Source of the DNA: Desulfobacterales bacterium
GTDB taxonomy: Bacteria > Desulfobacterota > Desulfobacteria > Desulfobacterales > UBA2174
Assembly (NCBI GenBank): GCA_963668645.2
Contig: CAXXWC010000010.1
Coordinates: 384,001 to 448,000 of the forward strand
DNA: 64,000 nucleotides
Reading direction: 5' to 3'
Below, piece by piece: positions 29,671-39,923 of this stretch. The position numbers and the translations under genes are program-made. Below the pieces are notes generated by a model that made no database searches, had not been told where the DNA came from, and worked only from the letters and a program-made list of their open reading frames with translations. The stretch's first letter is position 1; the number at the start of each line of letters is the position of its first letter.

Positions 29671-30628
29671 GATGCTGCCCCTCTTGCAGGCGCGGATCGA
29701 TCAGGGCGTGGGCCAGGTCGGCCGCCGCATTGGCCGCCAGCACGCTCAAGGCCAGCGCTGTCAGGGACCCGGAAAGAACCGGGTAATCGCGCGCCAGCAC
29801 CGCCTGGTAGACCAGGGTGCCCATCCCCTGCAGCGAAAAGACGACCTCCACCAGGAGGGTGCCGCCCACCATGAACCCCAGGTTCAACGCCACCACCGCG
29901 ATATACGGTCCCATGACGTTCTTCAGCACGTGCCCGGACAACACCTGCCTCGGACTCAACCCCTTGCTCAGGGCGGTGAGCACGTAGGGCGCGCCGGTTT
30001 CCAGGCGCACGGCGTGGCGCATGATCATGAACTTGTAGGCCGTGCCGTGGACCACGAGCACCGCCAGCGGCAGGACCATGGGCCCGAGGCCGGCGCCGGA
30101 AGCACCCATGCCCCCCGGTGCGAAAAGATCGAAGCCGGCCGTTGCCAGCACCAGCATCATCCCCAGGCCGTATGCGGGAACGGCGTAAAGACAAAGGAAG
30201 AAGGCCGGCAGCAGGCGGTCCGGCCGGCGCCGGCTGCGCCACCCGGACAAAGCCCCGATCCAGGCGGCTGCCAGACTGGCGATGAACACCGCCGGCACCA
30301 GCAGGCGCAGGGTCCAGACAAGACGCTGGCCGATCAACTGAAGCACGGGCTGGCCGTAGTGATACGACCAGCCCCAATCGCCGTGGACAAGGTGCTTCAG
30401 GTAGAGCGCGACGCGGGCCGGCGGCGAGCGGTCGAGCCCGTACTCGGCGCGCAGCCGGGCCAGGGCCTGGGGCTGGCGGGCATCCAGATGGGCGTACCCC
30501 TCTTCGCCGATCAGATGCACCAGCGGGCCTCCGGGCATCAGGTGGACCAGAAAACAGTTCAGCCCGGCGATCATGGCCAGGGCCAGCAGGTAGAGCAACG
30601 CTTTACGGGCCAGGACACGCAGGATCAT
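29663..30628 (-). CDS. NikB/DppB-type permease
   Basis: 'MPGGP', 'YGLD', 'ALSKGL', 'VEVVFS..GMG', 'RDYP', 'IDPR'. Confidence 0.9.
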   Translation of the reverse strand: MILRVLARKALLYLLALAMIAGLNCFLVHLMPGGPLVHLIGEEGYAHLDARQPQALARLRAEYGLDRSPPARVALYLKHLVHGDWGWSYHYGQPVLQLIGQRLVWTLRLLVPAVFIASLAAAWIGALSGWRSRRRPDRLLPAFFLCLYAVPAYGLGMMLVLATAGFDLFAPGGMGASGAGLGPMVLPLAVLVVHGTAYKFMIMRHAVRLETGAPYVLTALSKGLSPRQVLSGHVLKNVMGPYIAVVALNLGFMVGGTLLVEVVFSLQGMGTLVYQAVLARDYPVLSGSLTALALSVLAANAAADLAHALIDPRLQEGQHLG

Positions 30629-32274
30629 GGGGCCCCCGCAGCGCGGCTGGAACCGGCGGCCGGGCGCAGCTCGCAAAGGCTCTGACGATTGACCAGACCG
30701 CCTTCGATGGGGTTGACGCACCACCCCTGCCAGCGGGTCGCGGCCGGATAGTGATACCTGGCCCAGCAAAGAGCCAGGGCCGGCAGGTTTTCGGCGTAGT
30801 AGTGCTGCATGGCGGCGTACAACCGTTCCTGTTCGGCCGTCCCGGTGGTTTGCAGCACCGCGTCGCAGAGGCGGTGAAAGGCCGGATCGTCCACGTTGGC
30901 CAGGGTGCCGCCGCCCTGGCGGCGCGAATCGAAATAGCCGCTGGCGCAGCCGGCCTCCATCACCATGCCCCAGGGGGTGGTGCGAAAAAGGACCAGATCG
31001 TAGCGGTCCTGCTGCATGCGGGCGATCCAGGTGGAAAGATCGGCGCGTTCGATCTCCAGCGCGATACCCACCTGGCGGAAGTTGTACTCGATAATCGGCA
31101 GCAGGCCGTCGGTGCCCTCCAGGTCCGAACGGGCCAGGAGGGTCAAAACCAGATTCGGGCCGCCGGGCAGGTTCAGGATCCCGTCGGCGTCGGTATCGGT
31201 AAATCCGGCCGCCGCCAGCCGGCGGCGGCTTTCCTCGGGGCGATGGACCAGGGCCGGCAACTCGGTGCGAAATGCGAAGGCCGGCGGCACGAATCCGGCG
31301 CTGGGCACCCGGCCGTCGGGGCCGAGCAGGCTCTGGCCGAGCCGTTCATAGTCCAGGGCCGGGACGATGGCATGGCGCCAGTCGGACCGGGAAACCGGCA
31401 AATGGCGCAGGTTGAAACCCAGGGCCGCCGGCACCCCCATGGCATCGGCCGCAGGCTGCTGCAGATTGGCGGCCCGCGCCAGCCGTGGCCGGTAGGCCGG
31501 GGGAAAGCCCGAAGCGTACTTGTAGTAGACGTCGATATCGCCGCGTTCCAGGGCCAGGACGAGATTGTCAAAGGAACGGTTCAGGAAAAATTCCAGCCCC
31601 TCCACCGCGGGTGCCGGCCCGTAATAGGCGGGGTTTTTCTGAAAGCGGATCCGCCCGTTCTGCGCATCGAAGCTATCGAAGACAAAGGGGCCGCACCCCA
31701 TGGCGACCGGCGCCTGGCCCGGTCGCAGCGGATCGGCCACATCCTGCCACACGTGGCGCGGCAGGATGCGCACGATAAATCCGCCGTTGATCAGAAAGCG
31801 GCTGTAGGGGCGGGTCAGGTGAAAGACGATCCGCGAGCCGTCGGTATGGATCTCCCTGACCAGATCCGCGATCCAGGCCGAGGCCGGATGATGGGCCGCC
31901 AGGTACTGGAAGGTGAACTTCACATCCCCGGTGGTCACCGGCCGCCCGTCGTGCCAGCGGGCGTTGCCGCGAAGCTCGAAGCGCCACTGGCTCCCGTCCG
32001 CATTCACCTGCCAGGAGCGGGCCAACTGCGGTACGGGCCGCATCTGTGCATCGAAGCGCACCAGAGTGTCGTGGGTGGCCAGCATGGCCAGGATATTGTA
32101 GCTGTAGTCGGCCAGTGGATTGATCTGGCGCACCTGCATGGGGGTACCGATGCGCAGGTCCGCCGCCGCCCGGGACGCCGTTTGGGCCGGTTCCGGGCCG
32201 CAACCGGCAATCGCCAGCAGCATGGCGCCGAGCAGGGTAAAACGAACGGCCGGCCTCCGGAAAACGCACCGCAA
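30625..32274 (-). CDS. Family 5 ABC substrate-binding lipoprotein
   Basis: Lipobox LAIAGC, 'LRGNARWHDGRPVT..DVKFT', 'GCGPF'; start codon uncertain. Confidence 0.88.
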   Translation of the reverse strand: MRCVFRRPAVRFTLLGAMLLAIAGCGPEPAQTASRAAADLRIGTPMQVRQINPLADYSYNILAMLATHDTLVRFDAQMRPVPQLARSWQVNADGSQWRFELRGNARWHDGRPVTTGDVKFTFQYLAAHHPASAWIADLVREIHTDGSRIVFHLTRPYSRFLINGGFIVRILPRHVWQDVADPLRPGQAPVAMGCGPFVFDSFDAQNGRIRFQKNPAYYGPAPAVEGLEFFLNRSFDNLVLALERGDIDVYYKYASGFPPAYRPRLARAANLQQPAADAMGVPAALGFNLRHLPVSRSDWRHAIVPALDYERLGQSLLGPDGRVPSAGFVPPAFAFRTELPALVHRPEESRRRLAAAGFTDTDADGILNLPGGPNLVLTLLARSDLEGTDGLLPIIEYNFRQVGIALEIERADLSTWIARMQQDRYDLVLFRTTPWGMVMEAGCASGYFDSRRQGGGTLANVDDPAFHRLCDAVLQTTGTAEQERLYAAMQHYYAENLPALALCWARYHYPAATRWQGWCVNPIEGGLVNRQSLCELRPAAGSSRAAGAP

Positions 32275-32305
32275 GCCGGCCGCGAAAATCGGCGCAGGTA
32301 TAGGG

Positions 32306-34312
32306 TCAGAAAACGAACTTGATCTCTGCAAAGTACGTGGTCCCCGGATCTTCATACATGTAGAAGGCCCGATAATCTTCATCAAACAGGTTGTCGACAC
32401 TCAACGAAAAATCGATTGTTTTCAGCGCGCCCCAGGAAACGGGGATATGCTTGGTCGCCTTGAGATCCACTACCACCGATTCGTCCATCATCAGCTTTTC
32501 ACCGGAACTGTTGCGTTCGGTGTTGGCGTCGTCCGAGTACTGATCGCTCAGGTAGCGCACATAGCCGCTGACGGTGAAATTGCCCGCCCGGGTGTAGATC
32601 ACCCCCAGGTTGGCCTTGTGTTTGGGGCTGAAGGGCAGGTACTTGCCCTCCAGGCTAATGTCCTGGGGATTTTCATCGATGGTGGCCTTGTTGTAACTGT
32701 AGTTGGCCGAGACGGTCCAGTTGGGGGCCGGATAGACGGCCAGCGCCAATTCCGCGCCGTACGATTCGGCGCGCCCGATGTTCTTGTTGATCCACACGTT
32801 GCTGGCGTCGAACCAGGACATGATCTTGTCCTCGGTATAGCTGTAAAAGCCCACCAGGTTGGCCTGGGCCAGATGGCCGAACCAGCGCTCCACGCCGATC
32901 TCGTAGGAATGGGTGGTTTCGGCCTTCAGATCGGGATTGGGCTGGCGCGGATTGCCCCCGGAAGTCCTGTCGTCGTAAAGCTGTTCGGAGGTCGGCGGCA
33001 AAAAGCCCATGCCGTAGCTGGCCCACAGCGAGGTGCCGTCCTCGAAATTGTAGCGCACCCCGAGCTTGGGCGTGAGCTGGTCGTCGGTGCGGTCTTCGGG
33101 GTGGGTGACGTTGAATTTGCTGAAATAGTTGTCGTAGTTTTTCCAGTGGTCGTAGCGCAGCCCGGCGGTAACGGTCAAAGGTTCGACCGGCTTCCAGACA
33201 TCCTGTAGATAACCGGCCAGGGTGCGCACCTTGTATTCGTTTTGCTGGATCAGCGCCCCGGTGAGCCAGTCGTTGTAGTCCTGATCCGTGCTCTGGTCAT
33301 TGTAAAAAAAGCCGGCCGTGATCTTGTGGCCGGCGCCAAGATCCGCCGTGGCCTGGATTTCGGCCGGGATTTCGCTGTAATCCATGTACCGCTTCTGGCG
33401 CGGATCGTAGTTGGTGCCGCCTTTGTCGTAAAGATGCAGGTAATCATCGGAGCGAAAGGCCAGATAGGCCTTTACGTCCAGGCGCGAGCCCACCGCCTGG
33501 TCGAGGATCAGGCCGCCGAAGTGATAGTCCCAGTCGCCGCCGACATGGGGCCGGCCGCGGGTGTATTCGTTGTGGAAAAAGTTGTAAAAGGCCTGCAGCC
33601 GGGTCTCTTGCGAAGGGCTGTAACCGGTGGAAAAACCGACCCCGTGCTTGTCGTAGTCGCAGTCGCCGATCATGTGAACACTTTTGTTGACGTTGTTTTC
33701 CACCACGTTGGTGCCGTCGGCGTCCTCGTAAAAGGCGGCCACGGCATAGTCGAACTTGTCCACCTGCCCGTCGGCCGAGACGGCCGAACGCCAGCGGCCG
33801 AAGCTGCCGGCCCCGCCGCTGATGGCGGCGTGGCGTTCTTTACCGCCTTGCTTGAGGATGATGTTGATCACCCCGCCGCTGGCGTTGGCACCGTAAAGGG
33901 CCGACGAAGGACCGCGGATGATCTCCACCCGCTCGATGCGCTCGGCCGGAATCGTCTGGGAGATCTGCCAGTCGGTGGGGATCCCGTTGACCAGATAGAC
34001 GGTGGCGCCGCTGCCCGCACCGCGGATGTTGGCATAGCCCGGAAAAGGCGCGTAGGCACGGCGCAGGCTGATTCCGGGAACCGAGCGCAGCAGGTCCCCC
34101 ACATCCCCGTTGACCAGGTTTTGGGCGGCGATCTGGTCTGCATGGATCACCGTGACCGATGCCGCAACGTCCTTGGCGGCCGTATCGTACTTGGTTGCGG
34201 TGACGATCATCTCATCAAGATTGGCCACTTCCGGCTGCCCCAGCGCAGGACCCGCCGGCTGGATGGCCAAAAGCATCCCGGCAATCAAAACGACCATTGT
34301 CAAACGTCTCAT
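32306..34312 (-). CDS. TonB-dependent receptor
   Basis: RBS AGGAGG, signal peptide, 'EMIVTAT', 'IERVEIIRGPSSALYGANASGGVINII', 'GFLPPT..LY..NPDLKAE', terminal F. Confidence 0.93.
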   Translation of the reverse strand: MRRLTMVVLIAGMLLAIQPAGPALGQPEVANLDEMIVTATKYDTAAKDVAASVTVIHADQIAAQNLVNGDVGDLLRSVPGISLRRAYAPFPGYANIRGAGSGATVYLVNGIPTDWQISQTIPAERIERVEIIRGPSSALYGANASGGVINIILKQGGKERHAAISGGAGSFGRWRSAVSADGQVDKFDYAVAAFYEDADGTNVVENNVNKSVHMIGDCDYDKHGVGFSTGYSPSQETRLQAFYNFFHNEYTRGRPHVGGDWDYHFGGLILDQAVGSRLDVKAYLAFRSDDYLHLYDKGGTNYDPRQKRYMDYSEIPAEIQATADLGAGHKITAGFFYNDQSTDQDYNDWLTGALIQQNEYKVRTLAGYLQDVWKPVEPLTVTAGLRYDHWKNYDNYFSKFNVTHPEDRTDDQLTPKLGVRYNFEDGTSLWASYGMGFLPPTSEQLYDDRTSGGNPRQPNPDLKAETTHSYEIGVERWFGHLAQANLVGFYSYTEDKIMSWFDASNVWINKNIGRAESYGAELALAVYPAPNWTVSANYSYNKATIDENPQDISLEGKYLPFSPKHKANLGVIYTRAGNFTVSGYVRYLSDQYSDDANTERNSSGEKLMMDESVVVDLKATKHIPVSWGALKTIDFSLSVDNLFDEDYRAFYMYEDPGTTYFAEIKFVF

Positions 34313-34518
34313 CTTCTGCCTCCTTGCACCAGGTTGGATTGGAGGGCAGGCCGCGACTGCCGGCGCTTGCGTTTGTGCCAGGCTTTTGCTAGACACTAAC
34401 TGCGCCGGCAGCCAGCGCTGCCGCGTATTCCCGGGAGGGCGGCCGACTCCTTGGCCGGACAGCGGCCGTCCTTCCTCCCTATTGTCCGGAACCCACCGAT
34501 TCCGGACGACACTGCCGA

Positions 34519-34571
34519 TAAAAAAAGGCCACGCAGGCGCCTGCTCTTCGAGCAGCTTTGCCTTCGTGGCC
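34519..34571 (-). terminator. Leader attenuator/terminator hairpin (motif copy 3)
   Basis: Minus strand GGCCACGAAGGC...GCCTGCGTGGCC-TTTTTTT. Confidence 0.75.
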
Positions 34572-34773
34572 TGTTGCATCAAAGCCCGGTGTTAATCGCT
34601 TCGCTGTGGTGATGGGAAACGGCCGAAAGCCGCACCGTTAAGGCGCGATCCGCTGGCTACCCTTCAGGGCGGCATTGGAGTGGATCCTGGACAACGGCTT
34701 TGGCGCTATCTTTTCCAGCGCCTCTAAACGCGATAAACTCCCCCAACAACCCGGCAGCCGGAAAATTTAGTCC

Positions 34774-34802
34774 TGTTTAAATAGTTCACCGGCGTTTGTC
34801 AA
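34774..34802 (-). promoter_or_regulatory. Putative sigma70 promoter of the third TonB receptor
   Basis: Minus strand TTGACA-17 nt-TAAACA. Confidence 0.45.
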
Positions 34803-35171
34803 GGGCAAGCCGGCGCCTCCGAAGTGCCCCGTCAACAGTCGGAATCCGCTCTCTTAAGGTGTGGCAACGATATATCTCTTGACGAATGCCATTACCTTTC
34901 GCCCTCTTTTCCAAATGCAGATTCCTCCTCGCTGGCGCTCGTCGGATTGACAGCAGGGGAAGAGAACTCGCTCCGGAACGACAGCGGGGGAAGTCATCGC
35001 AGGACTTTGACGGACCATGGGCACCACCACCGTCTGATTGAAGGTATTTGACACCTCGTGTGAAGACCGATATTTTGTCGGCCAACCGGCTGATTTCGAG
35101 CAAGATCGGGCCTCTTGCGGTCGCAGCTGGCGGGCAAGTCGCTCACGTCCCAACGGTCCGATACATTAGTA

Positions 35172-35317
35172 TAGTGTCCGTCCATAAATGGTTATTTTTG
35201 GTTCCTGGCAAGGCCCGAGCGAGTTTCCAGCCGGAGCAATAGCCCGCTATTTCGAGGATTGGAAACGAGCGAGAACGCCGCCAGGGGCCGAAAGGTGCCG
35301 TTTATGGATGGACAATA
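35172..35317. repeat. 146-bp MITE-like dispersed repeat, copy B
   Basis: TIRs TAGTGTCCGTCCATAAA...TTTATGGATGGACAATA; inverted homolog of 8832-8977. Confidence 0.8.
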
Positions 35318-35397
35318 GTCTATACATACCGGCCGCAAGGCTTACACCCCTTTGGCCGCCGTGCCGCTTCACACCGAACTGACGACCGGGAGACGCC

Positions 35398-36828
35398 GTG
35401 AACAAGAACAGATTCATCTGCCAGTGCATCTACGACACCCTGGATGGTCTCAGGGACGGGCTGTCCCATTTTTCAGGCCCCAGCCGGGCGGCCCTGATCT
35501 ACGCCATCCATCCGGACGACCCGGTTCACATCTTCGATCCGCAGAATCTGCTCCAGGGGCATGAGCCCTTTTTCCGCGAGCTGTATCTCGATTCAGATCA
35601 GTGGCGGGTCTCGGCGCCCCAATCGGCCGGGCGCCAGAAACTCTGCCATGTGGCCCCGGAAAAGAATCTCCAGCTCGCCGGGCTGATCTCCTTCGGCGGC
35701 CGATCCGGTTCGGTCTACTATCAAATGTGGTTCACCGAACACCATCCGGACATGTGCGCCGTCGGGCCCACCGAACGATGGCTGGAGCATGCCGCCTGGC
35801 GCCTTTCCCACGACATCACCAACGAAGAGGAACTCTATACCGGGATCTCGGGCGCTTTTTTAAGAGAGTATGCCACCCATGCGGTCAGGGACCACATCAT
35901 CGACGAAATGAACGTGATTCTCGGCTGGGACACCGATCTGAGGGTTTACCCGGTTCTGGATGCCATCCTCGGCATCTCGCGAACCATCGAAGAAGGCTCC
36001 TGGGCCAGGGGCCACCTGCTTTTTGTGGAGAGCAAGGTGATCCCCACCATGTCCTTTGTGGCCAAGTTTCCGGAAAACGAGCGGGTGGCGCTGAACAACT
36101 TCAAACATGTGCGCAAGCTGCTGCTGGCCGTGGAAGACTCCCGGCGCCAGCTTGTTTCCGACGGCCGGAACATCGTGGGCATCGCCGAGGATCAGCGGCC
36201 GATCTTTTCCCTTACGGCCAACTTCTGCGGCGGCCACGGATTCCTGAGATCCACCGGCGGAGAAATATGCAGTTTTTTCGACGGCAACTTCAAATCCACC
36301 ACCCGCCAGGCCAATCTGGTGCAGGTGGAAGAGATCCTGCTGGAAACCGATCTCGATTCTGCCGAGGGGACGGCCCTGTTCAAAATCATCTCCGAACTGG
36401 TCCACAGCGCAGAAACCCTGAAGCACGGATGCACCCTGGTGGTCGACTTTAACGATTCCCCGGTCTACATCTCCGGCCAGAAGATCGAATGCCCGCTGGA
36501 TCTGAACCAGCCGAACCTGCTGGATCTGGCCAAATCCCTGGCCAGGGTCGACGGGGCTTTGCATATCAGCAAGGAACGCCATCTGGTGGGATTTGCCTGC
36601 CTGCTCGACGGTCGCACCGTGCCGGGCGAAGACCGGGCCAGGGGGGCGCGCTTCAACTCGGCGGTCAGATTCACCGCCGAGCATGAAGGGATTTTCGTCG
36701 TGGTGGTTTCCTCGGATCGCCCGGTTTCGGTGATCCAGGACGGCATCGAAATCTCGGCCCAATGCCAGTGGAACCCGGTGACCACCTGCTCGGTTTCCCC
36801 GCCGATGCTCAAGGACTGGATCAGGTGA
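35398..36828 (+). CDS. DisA_N (diadenylate cyclase-like) domain protein with long N-terminal region, copy 1
   Basis: C-terminal 'HGCTLVV', 'VDGAL', 'RGARFNSA', 'VVVVSSD' pattern of DAC domains. Confidence 0.82.
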   Translation: MNKNRFICQCIYDTLDGLRDGLSHFSGPSRAALIYAIHPDDPVHIFDPQNLLQGHEPFFRELYLDSDQWRVSAPQSAGRQKLCHVAPEKNLQLAGLISFGGRSGSVYYQMWFTEHHPDMCAVGPTERWLEHAAWRLSHDITNEEELYTGISGAFLREYATHAVRDHIIDEMNVILGWDTDLRVYPVLDAILGISRTIEEGSWARGHLLFVESKVIPTMSFVAKFPENERVALNNFKHVRKLLLAVEDSRRQLVSDGRNIVGIAEDQRPIFSLTANFCGGHGFLRSTGGEICSFFDGNFKSTTRQANLVQVEEILLETDLDSAEGTALFKIISELVHSAETLKHGCTLVVDFNDSPVYISGQKIECPLDLNQPNLLDLAKSLARVDGALHISKERHLVGFACLLDGRTVPGEDRARGARFNSAVRFTAEHEGIFVVVVSSDRPVSVIQDGIEISAQCQWNPVTTCSVSPPMLKDWIR

Positions 36829-36904
36829 GACGGAACGCAAAACGAAATAGTTGCGCCGCCAAGGCAATCGCATGTAAAAACCATAGTGTCTGGAGGTATG
36901 AAAT

Positions 36905-38275
36905 ATGATCGATATTCCCACCACCGTCAAAAATAAAAGGCTAGTGGAACGGCGTCGAAAGCAGATCGTTCTTGCCGCCATCAAGCTTTTTGCCCGCAAC
37001 GGGTTTTATAAAACCACACTCAAGGACCTAGCCGAAGAGGCGGGATTGAGCTACGGCAACATCTATGATTATGTAGGCAGCAAGGAGGACATTTTTTTTC
37101 TGATTCACGATTTTCTTGCCGGCTCGGCCATGGAGATGCTTAACCGAAGCACCGAACAGCTCAAGGACCCTATCGAAAAGCTGCGGCGGATGGTGCGAGC
37201 AGAATTCAGCCTCATGGACCAGTGGGCCGATGCACTGCTGCTCATCTACCAGGAAAGCCACATCCTGAAGAACGGATTTTTAAAGCAATTGCTTAAAAAA
37301 GAGCGGGCCCATCTAGAAAAATTCGAATCCGTCCTTACCCAGGCCATCGATGAGGGGATGATCGGTGAATGCAATGTGCGACTGGTCTGCAACCTGATCA
37401 AAATGATGATCGACTCTTGGACAATGAAAAGGTGGGATTTGAGAGGGCATGCCAGCCAATTGGAGGCGGAGCAAACCATTCTTGGTATGATTTTCCACGG
37501 GCTATTGAAGGAGGGATCTCTACAAAAAGAGACGTTCCAACCTTTGTCGGAACCGCTGCGAGGAAAAACAGCCCTGGTGCTCAATGCCGGAACAAAAATT
37601 GGCCATGGCATCTGCTACGCGCTGCAAAAAAACGGAGCTCGGGTACTCTACGATGCGGGTGCCGGAAAGATTCAGGTTCTAACAAACGATGACTTGGCCT
37701 TTGAGCCCATCGTGCTAGCAAATTGCTCCAAGGGCCGATCACACCGGGACCTGTTGGACCCCCAGAGGGTGGAAAAGCGCTTCGGCCCCATCGACGTTTA
37801 TGTTCACGACATCGGTGCGGGAACTACCGAAATGCCCGGAGGGGTAGAAGCAAAACAGGTGGCCGAACAGCTTCGACTGCACCTCTATCATGCTGAGCAG
37901 ATTTCCGGATATTTTCTGGATCGCATGAAACAGCGGAGAAGCGGGCGGATTGTCTATTTGGCCCCCTGGCTCTGGGACCGGCATGCTGATCTCATTGTAT
38001 TCGAAGCCGTCAAGGCCGGGGTTGTCGCTCTTTGCCGGACCATGGCCGGTGAACTTGCCGCCTCCTCGGCTACTGTCAACTGTATCGTTCCTGGCTATTT
38101 GCGCACTAATCGACCGACACAAATTGAAAAAGCCCTTAAAGATGAAGTGGCATCCAAGATTCCCGCCAAAAGATTGGGGGAAATTTCCGATGTCACCGAT
38201 ACGGTATCTTTTCTGATTGCTGACGGTTCCAAGTACCTGACCGGTCAGGTTCTGCATGTGAGCGGAGGTCGTTAG
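36905..38275 (+). CDS. TetR-family regulator fused to a degenerate SDR domain
   Basis: N-terminal HTH 'F...GF..TTLKDLAEEAGLSYGNIYDYVGSKEDI'; C-terminal 'LRGKTALV', 'GRIV', 'TVNCIVPG', 'YLTGQVLHVSGG'. Confidence 0.85.
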   Translation: MIDIPTTVKNKRLVERRRKQIVLAAIKLFARNGFYKTTLKDLAEEAGLSYGNIYDYVGSKEDIFFLIHDFLAGSAMEMLNRSTEQLKDPIEKLRRMVRAEFSLMDQWADALLLIYQESHILKNGFLKQLLKKERAHLEKFESVLTQAIDEGMIGECNVRLVCNLIKMMIDSWTMKRWDLRGHASQLEAEQTILGMIFHGLLKEGSLQKETFQPLSEPLRGKTALVLNAGTKIGHGICYALQKNGARVLYDAGAGKIQVLTNDDLAFEPIVLANCSKGRSHRDLLDPQRVEKRFGPIDVYVHDIGAGTTEMPGGVEAKQVAEQLRLHLYHAEQISGYFLDRMKQRRSGRIVYLAPWLWDRHADLIVFEAVKAGVVALCRTMAGELAASSATVNCIVPGYLRTNRPTQIEKALKDEVASKIPAKRLGEISDVTDTVSFLIADGSKYLTGQVLHVSGGR

Positions 38276-38289
38276 TTTTTTTTGTTAGG

Positions 38290-38585
38290 CTTCTGGCGGG
38301 ATAGCCGCGATCCAACAACAGCAGGTCATGAGGCATTAGGTGGTGGCAATGTTCAACGGCCAGTTGGCGTTCGCCGACGCTCTTGGGCCGGATGCAGGCA
38401 TCAACGGTGATTTTGTTGAGCGTATCGTAGAGTTGGAACAACCGCGCCATGGGCGACGGCTTCCCTTTGCGGCAACGCCAAACGCCGAAGTGCTTTTCGA
38501 TATCGGGCGTGTGGGGCAGTTTGGTTGTGGAGCCGTCGACAGCCAGAAGCTGAAAGCCGTGCCAGGTTTTCAGGCTGAAAGCGAA
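38290..38585 (-). mobile_element. IS4-family transposase fragment
   Basis: 'WHGFQLLAVDGST..LP', 'P.AR', 'GERQLA', 'LLLLDRGYP'. Confidence 0.8.
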
Positions 38586-38700
38586 TAGTATATCTAATGA
38601 AAACAATTAGTTTAGCACACAACCAGGAAAAGCCGGTGGCGCGCCGCGCCTATACGCCTTTATTTATTCTAACTGGTTATGGAATATTCGTTTCTCTTAA

Positions 38701-39098
38701 CCCAAGTTCACCCAATTTTTCCCCGCCGTCCTTATTTTTGGGTTAAATGGACATCTGTTCATATCGGTAATCGCCTATCACATCCTGGCCCCCGGCGAAT
38801 ACAAGCTGCGTTTGTGCGGTGACCACCGCTCGTGGGCGACCATCTGTGAAATCTTGTCAACCCACCAGCGGCTGACCATCGAATACAATGCCAAAAAACA
38901 AGGGCAGGTGAAACGCAGTCACTTGCGCCTGTGCAGCACAGCCGAGCCCGAACAGCGGCGGACCTACCAGCGCCTGAACCTGAAGGAGGCCCAGCTGCCA
39001 AGAAAAATCATGAGCGCATAATCGGTAGTGGCCACAACCACCGCTAACATCCCGTAATAACAATACCTGTACCTACAGAAATAACTGGCAAACTTGGG
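38701..39098 (+). mobile_element. Internally deleted IS (IS1634-like), 398 bp
   Basis: Ends CCCAAGTT...AACTTGGG each flanked by TTAA; carries only a transposase C-terminus 'SW.TI.EILSTHQR.T...LR.CS.AEPEQ..Y..L'. Confidence 0.7.
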
Positions 39099-39176
39099 TT
39101 AAGTTAATGGTATTGCCAACATAGTACTTATTTTTTAAGTTATTACAGATAGATGTAATATTTAAATATATTCTTC

Positions 39177-39205
39177 TTGACAAATCGAAAAAAAAGAAAT
39201 TAATT
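39177..39205 (+). promoter_or_regulatory. Putative sigma70 promoter upstream of the Mo-enzyme operon
   Basis: TTGACA followed by an AT-rich ATTAAT/TTAATT at 16-17 nt within an AT-rich tract. Confidence 0.4.
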
Positions 39206-39289
39206 GTGACTGGCTGACCAGAAAATGATTTACTAATCGTTTTTTGATGTTTTTCCTTATCCCGGCAAGCGGTGTTAAAGGGATGGAAA

Positions 39290-39730
39290 CCATGCTCATT
39301 CAACCAGTGAGCTCTGAGGAATGCCATGAAGGCAAAAATTTCCTTAGTGGTTTCATAGAGCATCTGAGGTTCTTGCAGGAAGCGTGGTTCCAATTGCTCT
39401 ACAAGGCACCGATGCCGCTTTCGCACCTGTTGGGCAGTTTGTTAAGAGAAGGTCAACCGGTCCATGGTGGCTGCAACATCCTGAACCGACTCGGGCACCT
39501 TGGGCAACAGATTGCGGGCAAAATACGTTCGGTGGCGCTGTCAGCTGGCACCAGGCGCTTGGATGGCGATGGCGGCCTCAAACGCCAGATTGGCGTCAGA
39601 GACCGCCAAACAAACGCCACTGAGCCCGGGGGCACGGGCCACCACCCCAAATTGCAAAAACGCCTTCCAGGCCACCTTATCCTCGCCGGTAAACACATCC
39701 AGGCCCAGAATCTGCCGATGTCCCTGGTGT
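39290..39730 (-). mobile_element. Degenerate IS256-family transposase remnant
   Basis: Minus-strand frames give 'VSDA...AAI', 'FARNLLPKVP', 'EIFAFMAF..HW' with stops. Confidence 0.65.
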
Positions 39731-39923
39731 TGACACCCTTGCGATCACCACCACCGCATGACTGGCCTTTAACTTCTTGTGCCTTGTTGATCTATTTTTC
39801 TGTGCATGGCTGCGCAAACTATACCGAGATGGCTCTTGTGGAAAATGAAGAGAGCTCATGCCCCATCACGCAAGATCGTTGTCTTTCCAACCCAGTGAAC
39901 ATCATGAAAAGGAGGAGGTAGAC

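Noticed and set aside
34786..35170. Short ORFs between the TonB promoter and MITE copy B
   Set aside because: No recognisable motif or convincing RBS; possibly a gene remnant
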